From: a virus
Lineage: Duplodnaviria; Caudoviricetes
Virus record (IMG/VR): IMGVR_UViG_3300010362_000032
Coordinates: 1-46,568 of that record
DNA length: 46,568 nt
Strand: one strand, 5' to 3'
Both the position numbers and the translations under genes were made by a program. Position 1 is the stretch's first letter. Each line of letters begins with the position of its first letter. This document shows, piece after piece, positions 9,804 through 17,043 of the stretch. The notes under the pieces were generated by a model that did not search any database, was not told the DNA's origin, and saw only the letters and a list, made by a program, of their open reading frames with translations.

Positions 9804-10355
9804 TTAAGCCTCCGACACCTCTATTATTGCAGATACCTGCCCCAACATGAACCCTTGCGCTGTTATGTACATAAAGTCAGGTGCTATTGATTGGTCGAGT
9901 TTAACGCAGATATCATTACCCTGCGTTGCCATTAGCCCTGGCTCAAACATGACCTCTTTGGATGTCTTAGGTCCACAGCTGGTGAACCCTATAACGTTTG
10001 CAGCAACTGGGCCGTCTAAGAACGATAACACTACTGCATCGTGAGTGGACGCGTTAAGCAGCTGGCACGATTTCATGACAACGCTATCCGTAATCGACCC
10101 TGGGGTCAGCGTTAACAGCGGTATAACTGTTTGGTCTTGTAACGCCAGTGCTCCATGAAGGTATTGGTCAGATAGCTGTGCTCCTTCTCGCCTATATTGC
10201 CCACACCAATCGTTTGCTTTGACTGTTCTCCAAGTGTTAGTTTGTGGCGTTATGATAGATGGGTCCCAGTGGCATTCGTAGTAATAGTTAGGATCAGTTC
10301 CAGCCTGGACTACGTACTTACAAGTCTGACAGCTTTGTCCAGGTGGAGCCGGCAT
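9804..10355 (-). CDS. Hypothetical protein with N-terminal Cys motif
   Basis: CQTC..ECHWDP..W..V...DWCGQY followed by a beta-rich domain. Confidence 0.7.
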   Translation of the reverse strand: MPAPPGQSCQTCKYVVQAGTDPNYYYECHWDPSIITPQTNTWRTVKANDWCGQYRREGAQLSDQYLHGALALQDQTVIPLLTLTPGSITDSVVMKSCQLLNASTHDAVVLSFLDGPVAANVIGFTSCGPKTSKEVMFEPGLMATQGNDICVKLDQSIAPDFMYITAQGFMLGQVSAIIEVSEA

Positions 10356-11011
10356 TAAAACCTCCGCTTAAAAGTTCCCCGATCCCCAGACCCAACCACA
10401 GTCCCAGTTGTCTGGTACGTTGTCAGGTCTGCTGATCGGGGCAAGGCGGGCGTTAAGGGAGGCTCTAAAGCTGCTGCGAATTGCTCGGTAGTGATAACCT
10501 TACCAGACCGTTCAATTGCTTTGTCTAGCATAGCCGCAAAGTCAACGCTGATATTGGTCTGTAGGCTTCGCTTAGACAAGCCAACGCGATCTGCTGCATC
10601 TCGGGTTATGCTTAGCAGTTCTCGGATACTCAGTTCATCGTTTTCGTCATCATCGAGTTTATCTGCTATCTTGCGTTCGGCTTTCATGCCATTGGACAGG
10701 ATAAGGGCGTTGTAGGCAGTTATTTGGTCTCGCGTTAGGTCATCTTTAACCTTGGTGTAACCAGCAATGAGCTCTTTAAAGGTTGGGTTATTATAATGAA
10801 CGCTAACCCTGCTAATCGAGTAGCCCATTGTCTCGGCTACCTGACCCACACGCATCCCCATGGCAAATAACCTTGCCATTTCGTGGTGAGAGTCCCTATA
10901 TCTCTTTATAGGCGGATCACGACCTTGCCTGAATGACGATAGGTCATCAGGAGTCAATTCACGAACATGCGTGATTGATGGCCGTTTAGTTGGTCGACCA
11001 GGGCCTGGCAT
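10355..11011 (-). CDS. HTH protein, probable terminase small subunit
   Basis: First gene of late operon; ARLFAMGMRVGQVAETMGYSISRVS HTH-like segment, helical body. Confidence 0.6.
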   Translation of the reverse strand: MPGPGRPTKRPSITHVRELTPDDLSSFRQGRDPPIKRYRDSHHEMARLFAMGMRVGQVAETMGYSISRVSVHYNNPTFKELIAGYTKVKDDLTRDQITAYNALILSNGMKAERKIADKLDDDENDELSIRELLSITRDAADRVGLSKRSLQTNISVDFAAMLDKAIERSGKVITTEQFAAALEPPLTPALPRSADLTTYQTTGTVVGSGDRGTFKRRF

Positions 11012-11038
11012 GGGGGACTGTTCCAGGCTGAAGGTAGT

Positions 11039-11067
11039 ATTATAGCACGTCCTGGGTTGATTGTCAA
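11039..11067 (-). promoter_or_regulatory. Consensus sigma70 promoter of late operon
   Basis: TTGACA-N17-TATAAT with extended TG, 27 nt upstream of ATG 11011. Confidence 0.9.
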
Positions 11068-11447
11068 GGTTGCGTTAACGATATGTATACAACTGTGACC
11101 GGTATATGACAGGGGATTTGATGTGGGGTTAGGTATGGGTGCTTGAAATCACACAAAATATGGGGAGGATATCTGGCCACGATCGAGCCAGCGCCTTTGG
11201 GCCCCCGGGGGTGGCGTGGGGGTCACGAAGCGTGGGCTCGAAGCCCGTGCGTGCGTGGGCGTGTGCGTGCGAGGCACAGACCCGAGGCACACATGCGTGC
11301 GAGGCTAAGGCTAAGGGGGATCACGCAACCGTGATAGTTGTTCACGATCTCGTGATCGAAATGCCTTGAAAAAGCCACAATCGGGGCGCCCAATGGCGTG
11401 GTCGGCCAGCCACAGGGCTAGGCCATAACCCGAGAGGTAGGACTACG

Positions 11448-11702
11448 ATGACCGTCCATGTCGATCTCCAAGCTGAAATCGCACGGCTTAAGGCTGAGAA
11501 CCAGGCCCTTAAGGATGCCAAGGCCAAGACTGGGATGAAGGTATCGGAGAAGGGTGCTCTGTCAGTCTATGGCGTTGGGAAGTTCCCGGTAACCCTGTAC
11601 AAATCCCAATGGTTAGCCCTGCTAGATCGCAAGCAGGATATCCTAGACTTCATCGAAGCCCATCCCAATCTGAAGTCTAAGCCGGTGAAGGATGGCGAGT
11701 GA
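11448..11702 (+). CDS. Conserved small phage protein of unknown function
   Basis: Coiled coil plus KVSEKGALSVYGVGKFPVTLYKSQW motif, which I recall from other phage proteins; SD present. Confidence 0.85.
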   Translation: MTVHVDLQAEIARLKAENQALKDAKAKTGMKVSEKGALSVYGVGKFPVTLYKSQWLALLDRKQDILDFIEAHPNLKSKPVKDGE

Positions 11703-11785
11703 TGGATAGCCTTCACCCAGGATGGCTGCTGCTAAAGCTCAGCCTGATAGCCTTGGCGATAACGCTGACTATCATCTACGCCTAA
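11702..11785 (+). CDS. 27-aa single-TM peptide
   Basis: MDSLHPGWLLLKLSLIALAITLTIIYA; TGATG-coupled. Confidence 0.55.
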   Translation: MDSLHPGWLLLKLSLIALAITLTIIYA

Positions 11786-11808
11786 TCTAACCCCAACACA
11801 AGGCAATC

Positions 11809-11834
11809 AGCCCCGGCATAGTCCGGGGCTTTTT
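11809..11834 (+). terminator. Rho-independent terminator
   Basis: AGCCCCGG-catagt-CCGGGGCT followed by T tract. Confidence 0.85.
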
Positions 11835-12013
11835 GTTGCGTTGCAGCATAGCGTTCACGGTTTAGTCCAAATCGCCCAGAGACGGGCAAGGGCTGGCTAT
11901 TGGCGATCGGCCGCTACCCCTACCGCAGCCCTGCCCGTTAATCCGCTGTACGGGCTTCGCTGCTCGATTGTGAGGCAATCCATATCGCGGCGATACCCCC
12001 AATTCCCTAGTAT

Positions 12014-12178
12014 TCCCTAGTCAACTATCACGGTCCCTAACTCGCTAGTGTGGAGACCCCCCTGGCACCCTGAAAATGGTCTATTCTCCAAATTTTTTTT
12101 TTTCACATTATAGGGGGATGACATGCCTACCCCCCCCCCTACACTAGCGAGCTAGGCTGTACCAGCGTTGACTAGGGA
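12014..12178. repeat. Nested imperfect inverted repeat around poly-T/poly-C spacer
   Basis: TCCCTAGTCAAC (12014-25)/GTTGACTAGGGA (12167-78); CCTAACTCGCTAGTGT (12036-51)/ACACTAGCGAGCTAGG (12141-56, one mismatch). Confidence 0.9.
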
Positions 12179-12371
12179 TAACCATCACCAGGGCAGGATA
12201 ATGGCATGGGTTATTCACAGAATGCATACCTAACATGGTCTATTGGCGAATAACGCAGACAAAACCAATAACCCCAACACAAGTTATATCGGGGTCTAAT
12301 CACGTAGTAAGCAAACACAAGTTGCATAACGCTAACCATACCTGACCCCAATACTAGCCCAAACATAGCAA

Positions 12372-12399
12372 TAGGGCATCACAATCAAGTGATGCCCTA
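12372..12399 (-). terminator. Hairpin terminator of leftward early operon
   Basis: Perfect 11-bp stem TAGGGCATCAC-aatcaa-GTGATGCCCTA; T-rich downstream on minus strand. Confidence 0.65.
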
Positions 12400-12437
12400 A
12401 CGCATTCCCAAACCAGCAATGACCACAGGCTAACGCT

Positions 12438-12530
12438 TCATGTTAATCTCCCTGCTAACGCAGACACCATAACCATGATGCCAAGGATTAACGCGAGCAA
12501 CACCATATCAGACAGGATATCAGGCCTCAC
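12438..12530 (-). CDS. 30-aa single-TM peptide
   Basis: GTG start after GAGGA; MRPDILSDMVLLALILGIMVMVSALAGRLT. Confidence 0.45.
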   Translation of the reverse strand: MRPDILSDMVLLALILGIMVMVSALAGRLT

Positions 12531-12735
12531 TGGTATCCTCCCTAGCTAACGCTGACCTATACATATGCTGTATCTTGGTCTGCATAACCTTATGCACCCT
12601 TGATATAGCCATGTATAGGCTATAATCGAAGTCATCCATATCGACTATAACGCTGTCCTTATCAGCGTTATAATCCTCCAGTGAATAGGCCTTATACACT
12701 GGATAAGCCTCGTCAACTTCAAGTGCTACTTTCAT
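12520..12735 (-). CDS. Hypothetical early protein
   Basis: 71 aa in a tightly packed operon, SD present. Confidence 0.65.
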   Translation of the reverse strand: MKVALEVDEAYPVYKAYSLEDYNADKDSVIVDMDDFDYSLYMAISRVHKVMQTKIQHMYRSALAREDTSEA

Positions 12736-12907
12736 TGCTATCCCTCACGAAGATAAGCTGTATGCTGGTTAGATCAGGATGCATAGCCTTAACTGCATCT
12801 AACGCAGCCTCAGGGGTCTTACAATGCGATAGCTCAGGGCTATCACCACTGTATTCTTTCTCATAGCCAATTTCATTGACTATGATATAGGTTAGCGTTA
12901 GTTGCAT
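12719..12907 (-). CDS. Hypothetical early protein
   Basis: 62 aa, GGAGG SD. Confidence 0.65.
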   Translation of the reverse strand: MQLTLTYIIVNEIGYEKEYSGDSPELSHCKTPEAALDAVKAMHPDLTSIQLIFVRDSNESST

Positions 12908-13140
12908 GTATCCTCCCTAGGCCAAGTGATACCGTGACCATAACGCCACTCAGCCACTATCTCATCAAGGTTATTAGTCATGATAACCCTGACTGTAAAG
13001 CCCATCTTAGCACAGACATTGTTGGTGTGATGGATAAACCATTGCTTAGCCTTATCAGCATCAGCATGGCTAACCTCACATTCGGTTATACTGCCCAAAC
13101 TTTCGTTTGAGGTATAATAGACACTGAATGTATCAGACAT
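12898..13140 (-). CDS. Hypothetical early protein
   Basis: 80 aa, ends EWRYGHGITWP. Confidence 0.7.
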   Translation of the reverse strand: MSDTFSVYYTSNESLGSITECEVSHADADKAKQWFIHHTNNVCAKMGFTVRVIMTNNLDEIVAEWRYGHGITWPREDTCN

Positions 13141-13216
13141 GACACACCAATGCCACGAGCATAACGCAAGCCCAGGCCAAGAATAGGCTTATCGTTAAGC
13201 TAACTGTGCTATCCAT
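13133..13216 (-). CDS. 27-aa single-TM peptide
   Basis: MDSTVSLTISLFLAWACVMLVALVCHV; TGATG-coupled with AGGAGG SD. Confidence 0.55.
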   Translation of the reverse strand: MDSTVSLTISLFLAWACVMLVALVCHV

Positions 13217-13428
13217 CACCGCCTCCTATCCCAGTTCTTCATTACATCCATGAGCCTAGCCTCTAGCATCTCAAGGATATGCTGTGATACCTGAACAGCA
13301 CTATCCTCGTCCTTAAAGGTAGCCTCGCTAGTCCATACAGCATGGCCACGATAGTCAATGCAAGCCTTGAACCTATTGCCTTCATTGACTGTGGTTGCGA
13401 TAAGCACTATCTCGCTGGGTCTTGCCAT
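13216..13428 (-). CDS. Hypothetical early protein
   Basis: Start MARPSEIV, coupled, GGAGG SD. Confidence 0.65.
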   Translation of the reverse strand: MARPSEIVLIATTVNEGNRFKACIDYRGHAVWTSEATFKDEDSAVQVSQHILEMLEARLMDVMKNWDRRR

Positions 13429-13616
13429 CACATTTCCTCCCAACAATGAATGTGATAACGCTTGGTAACGCGTTGCTTATGCGTACCATAGACAACCCTA
13501 ACATGCTTCTGACCCGCAGGGATTGTCTCGCCACACCATGAGCATTCATGGTCTAGAACACCCGTAGGCTCAGTGCGGGATATCATGTTGCGTTGAACTT
13601 TCTCAGCTTCGGTCAT
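13428..13616 (-). CDS. Small zinc-finger protein
   Basis: CSWCGETI..G...RYHIHC (CxxC..HxxC). Confidence 0.7.
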   Translation of the reverse strand: MTEAEKVQRNMISRTEPTGVLDHECSWCGETIPAGQKHVRVVYGTHKQRVTKRYHIHCWEEM

Positions 13617-13776
13617 GTCTATCTCCTATAACCCTGACCTCGATATTGTCTACTTCGCGATCAGCATACTCTGAGTAACGCTGATATGTGATAGGCTTGC
13701 GTTTGCTTAACCAAAAGCTAAACCCAAACCTACCGAACGTGATAAACCTGATACTACCTCTACGCTTGTATGTCAT
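13603..13776 (-). CDS. 57-aa basic hypothetical protein, not in ORF track
   Basis: MTYKRRGSIRFITFGRFGFSFWLSKRK..; AGGAGGTAGAC-ATG. Confidence 0.65.
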   Translation of the reverse strand: MTYKRRGSIRFITFGRFGFSFWLSKRKPITYQRYSEYADREVDNIEVRVIGDRHDRS

Positions 13777-13960
13777 GTCTACCTCCTACTAGCCTTATAG
13801 CTGTGCGAATGATGCTAGGCTCAGCAGCTAACAACTCATTAGCTAACCGAGTGATATCCTTCGCTCGCACAGCGTTAGCCTTGACACCTTTAGACTTAAG
13901 CTCTAGCCTAATCAGCAACCTAGCTATACACAGGGCTGCTGTTTTAACCTCTTGGGTCAT
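13760..13960 (-). CDS. Hypothetical protein, paralogue family member
   Basis: 66 aa; aligns by eye with 14965-15600 and 15738-16022. Confidence 0.7.
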   Translation of the reverse strand: MTQEVKTAALCIARLLIRLELKSKGVKANAVRAKDITRLANELLAAEPSIIRTAIRLVGGRHDIQA

Positions 13961-14160
13961 GACCGCACCCTATGGGCTATATGATTGCTGTCTATCGTTA
14001 TCAGACCCATAGCCATAAGTCTGTTAACGCCATACACGTAATGAGCGAATGGCATATTCTGACAGAATACCTTTCGGCATTCGTCGAGGTTAACGCCATC
14101 AGGGCTTTCGTCTACTGCATCTAGCAGTAAACTCATGAGATGGTCTATCTTGCGGCTCAT
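13957..14160 (-). CDS. Hypothetical protein, possible winged helix
   Basis: MSRKID.. start; VNRLMAMGLITID wing-like pattern; coupled at both ends. Confidence 0.55.
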   Translation of the reverse strand: MSRKIDHLMSLLLDAVDESPDGVNLDECRKVFCQNMPFAHYVYGVNRLMAMGLITIDSNHIAHRVRS

Positions 14161-14240
14161 GACATACACCACAAGATTAGCGTTGCCATAGCGTTAACCG
14201 CTACAAGCCACACAACGCACATTTCAGCTATCTGTTTCAT
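14157..14240 (-). CDS. 27-aa hydrophobic peptide
   Basis: MKQIAEMCVVWLVAVNAMATLILWCMS; AGGAGG SD; ATGA overlap with next gene. Confidence 0.6.
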   Translation of the reverse strand: MKQIAEMCVVWLVAVNAMATLILWCMS

Positions 14241-14259
14241 GTCTACCTCCTGATACAGT

Positions 14260-14293
14260 AAAGCCCCTAGAGAGCGTCCTCCATAGGGGCTTT
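14260..14293 (-). terminator. Intergenic hairpin, probable terminator
   Basis: AAAGCCCCTA..TAGGGGCTTT 10-bp stem after the coiled-coil gene. Confidence 0.65.
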
Positions 14294-14301
14294 GACACTG
14301 A

Positions 14302-14868
14302 CTAGCCAACGTTAAGCTGACCACTGGGAACGCTAGGGTTAAGCACAGCCCTCAGCCTATCAGCCTGAGACTGAAGCTCGTTAGCCCTACTCTCGTTCTC
14401 AACGGCTCGTCTACGCCATTCATCGCGTTCAGCGATAACGCTATTCAGCGTATCCCTGGTGTTGTTGTAGTTCTGTTCCCATTCCTGGGTACTTCTACGG
14501 CTATCCTCCAGGTCAGCCTTAGTGATACGATGACTATCGATCTCAGACCTAACCTGATCGCTAAGGTCTGCGACCGCTTGGTCACGTTGCACGATAGTAT
14601 CCCGCAATGACTGGGCATCATTACGAGAGTAATCAAGCTGACCCTGAACCTCTGTGTTGGTCCGGTTAAGCTGCTCAACGCGGCCATTGGCATCGTTAAG
14701 CTGGGCTTGCAGGTTATAGTTCTGCTGCTCAAGGCTAGTGATCCGCTCTCGCAGATCATTAACTTGCTGTTGGAGGCCACTAACCAGACCAGCCTGAGCC
14801 GACAGGTTATTAACCGTATCAACCACGTTCGCGAAGAACTGGCGCATATCATCTACCTCGATATTCAT
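14302..14868 (-). CDS. Long coiled-coil protein (start uncertain)
   Basis: Heptad-rich Q/N/R/E sequence over about 170 aa. Confidence 0.8.
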   Translation of the reverse strand: MNIEVDDMRQFFANVVDTVNNLSAQAGLVSGLQQQVNDLRERITSLEQQNYNLQAQLNDANGRVEQLNRTNTEVQGQLDYSRNDAQSLRDTIVQRDQAVADLSDQVRSEIDSHRITKADLEDSRRSTQEWEQNYNNTRDTLNSVIAERDEWRRRAVENESRANELQSQADRLRAVLNPSVPSGQLNVG

Positions 14869-14964
14869 GACTAGGTTTCCTTGGATGTGGTGGGGCCGCA
14901 ACACAGGCGGGTTCGCTATGGTGGACTACCCGCTTTAATGGCTATGCCACGGCCCCTGGTTTAC

Positions 14965-15600
14965 TTAGGCATTCAGCCCACGACGGCCACTGGCAACCTT
15001 GCCAGCCTTAGCCGCAGACAACTGCTTTGCAGCCTTAGCCGCCGCAGCCTTAGCCTTAAGCTCAGTATCCTCGGAGATATCCCCAAGGTCCAAGCCTCCA
15101 GCTTCCTCAACCTCAGCCTCATTAGCCTCGATCTGAGCCTTCGCCTTAGCGACCAACTCAGGACGAGCCAGAAGCAGAGCATTCGCGTGCTTGGTGATTA
15201 CCGCAGACTTGATAAGGCTGACCTTGAAGCCCTTCTTCTTGATTTCAGCCTTAACGATAGTCCGGGCGAACTCCCGTGCCAACTTCATGACCTCCGGCGC
15301 AACCTTATCGCCCTTGGCCTTGCTGCCACGGATAACCATCGTACCAGCGTACATGGCTGCAAGGTTTTCATTTGCCTTAGCCATGACCGCAGCCTGGAAC
15401 TCACCCAGGGTCTTATAGTCTTCCTTCTTGAGCTTCGCCATACCCTTGTTAACGTGGGTCTTGGCGCCTTCCTTGAGCATATTGATGTAGATATACTCAG
15501 CAACCCTGCCAGTATCTACCTCAATCTCGCCACTCCTGCCCTTGCTAACAGCAACGGTAAGAATGGTAGAGGGATTGCCTTCAGTCTGCACATCAGTCAT
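14965..15600 (-). CDS. Lys/Ala-rich basic protein, possible DNA-binding; contains paralogue domain
   Basis: Start MTDVQ with CAGGAGA SD; strong codon bias; KAKAAAAKAAK tail. Confidence 0.8.
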   Translation of the reverse strand: MTDVQTEGNPSTILTVAVSKGRSGEIEVDTGRVAEYIYINMLKEGAKTHVNKGMAKLKKEDYKTLGEFQAAVMAKANENLAAMYAGTMVIRGSKAKGDKVAPEVMKLAREFARTIVKAEIKKKGFKVSLIKSAVITKHANALLLARPELVAKAKAQIEANEAEVEEAGGLDLGDISEDTELKAKAAAAKAAKQLSAAKAGKVASGRRGLNA

Positions 15601-15737
15601 TGTAGTCTCCTGAATGTTAGAAGTAGCTACCTCTAAGTCCAAGCCATCCTGACTATACGTGGCCACGTTGGTCATTGCTGGTCTTGGTCCGGTTGGCCTA
15701 GTACCGCAAGCAAGGCCCGTAAGCCTTGCTGACTGCA

Positions 15738-16022
15738 CTAGCTTAATGCTTCCTTAGCTTTGTTAAGGAAGAACTCACCAGAGTTAAACAATAGCACCGT
15801 AACGCCATTCTCCAACTCTCTCTGGCTTATATCCTCGATACGCTTACCCTTAGCCCTAAGCTCACGCTTAAACTGTGCCAGTGCTATAGTCCTAGCCATT
15901 GTCTGCACAGGCCCAGGCACCCATAACTCACGATGATACGTGGTCTTAATTTCCTCTCGCTTAGGCTCACGACGCTTTAATCGCTCAACCTTAACGAGCT
16001 TACCATTCTGCCTGCGGTACAT
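15738..16022 (-). CDS. Basic hypothetical protein, paralogue family member
   Basis: 94 aa, coupled, AGGAGG SD. Confidence 0.7.
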   Translation of the reverse strand: MYRRQNGKLVKVERLKRREPKREEIKTTYHRELWVPGPVQTMARTIALAQFKRELRAKGKRIEDISQRELENGVTVLLFNSGEFFLNKAKEALS

Positions 16023-16243
16023 CAGACCCTCCTAAGCTTAGCTGTAGGAGTATTCCAGACCTGCAAGTCATCCAGATTACCTTCATCCGTGTCATACCTT
16101 ACAGGCGTACAGTCATCAGGGCACGGAAAGTCTGGATGATCGAACTCTGCAACAGTACCAAGCTCCAATGTCCCGGTATGCTGTACCCTATCGCCTGGCT
16201 GTGGTGGCCAATGCTTTAGCCTTGGTCCGATCATCTTTGTCAT
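16022..16243 (-). CDS. Hypothetical protein, SH3/KOW-like pattern
   Basis: PGDRVQH...GTV...VRYD....LRRV. Confidence 0.6.
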   Translation of the reverse strand: MTKMIGPRLKHWPPQPGDRVQHTGTLELGTVAEFDHPDFPCPDDCTPVRYDTDEGNLDDLQVWNTPTAKLRRV

Positions 16244-16434
16244 GACTGCACCCGATCAAGCTCACGAGCGTTATCTTCGAAGCTACGGGCAGAGACACTA
16301 GCCATCTCTGGCCTATGGCTATCATAGACCAGCCTACCATTTAGCCATGATAACGTAGCCAAATAGCCCATATCCTTGGTATACACGATATAGGCTACCC
16401 TCGTATGACCTTCAACGCGTTCCATGCGATACAT
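16240..16434 (-). CDS. Hypothetical early protein
   Basis: 64 aa, coupled. Confidence 0.6.
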   Translation of the reverse strand: MYRMERVEGHTRVAYIVYTKDMGYLATLSWLNGRLVYDSHRPEMASVSARSFEDNARELDRVQS

Positions 16435-16640
16435 TATAGCCTCCCCAAGTCTAACACGAGATGAGTATTGAGGATGGCTTGCCTACGGCGGGCTAGTTTC
16501 AGGTTACGGTACGTAGCGATAACTTCGCCATCAGGTTCACGCAAGTCAAATATCCCAGTGCCCCGAGGCATTGCCTGTGCCTTGGGATCATCGGGTCTAG
16601 CATAGTCAGGGCTTAGGCGTTCTGTGAGATGGTATGCCAT
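16434..16640 (-). CDS. First gene of leftward early operon, hypothetical
   Basis: 68 aa, GGAGG SD. Confidence 0.7.
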   Translation of the reverse strand: MAYHLTERLSPDYARPDDPKAQAMPRGTGIFDLREPDGEVIATYRNLKLARRRQAILNTHLVLDLGRL

Positions 16641-16782
16641 TGACTACCTCCATAGCGTTGGCATAGTTCTGACTGACACCCATAGCCTAGCACAACATTG
16701 TGGCCAAATTGTGGCGGCCGGCGGTATTTGAGTACCGTTAGCCATGTTTGTTTGCATGGCTGCTATGCGCTGGACGCATACC

Positions 16783-16819
16783 GTACCCGTTTTGTTCCCC
16801 ATCCGTTCCGCTTTTGTTC
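16783..16819. promoter_or_regulatory. Tandem alphaproteobacterial-type LexA (SOS) boxes
   Basis: GTAC-N7-GTTC-N7-GTTC-N7-GTTC (half sites at 16783, 16794, 16805, 16816). Confidence 0.75.
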
Positions 16820-16983
16820 CACATTTAGCCAAAAATGAACATTTTGAGAGCACAATCTGTTTCGATTGACCTACAGACGCACAGATAATCCATATCGAGG
16901 TCCGATTATGCGTTCCGCTTGTTTTCCCTAGTAAATCCTTTCGCTTTACTAGGGTTTACTAGGCGAACTGACACCGAAAGTTG

Positions 16984-16998
16984 GAACAAAACAAGAAC
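16984..16998. promoter_or_regulatory. Alphaproteobacterial-type LexA box
   Basis: GAACAAAACAAGAAC = GAAC-N7-GAAC, 16 nt upstream of the -35. Confidence 0.8.
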
Positions 16999-17014
16999 CT
17001 TTTCAATTTTAAGC

Positions 17015-17043
17015 TTGACAATCACGCCAAGACCTGCTATAAT
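17015..17043 (+). promoter_or_regulatory. Consensus sigma70 promoter of replication operon
   Basis: TTGACA-N17-TATAAT with extended TG. Confidence 0.9.

Noticed and set aside
11835-12370. tRNA or known ncRNA in the long intergenic region
   Set aside because: No cloverleaf or T-loop consensus recognised; reported only as unexplained structure
12385-12441. TAG stop-codon recoding (SD + ATG AAG CGT TAG .. CGT TAG)
   Set aside because: All long genes are intact under code 11 and several end properly in TAG; the pattern is explained by the GCGTTA motif and the terminator
14881-15636. 251-aa plus-strand ORF
   Set aside because: Antisense shadow of the codon-biased 14965-15600 gene; no SD or recognisable content
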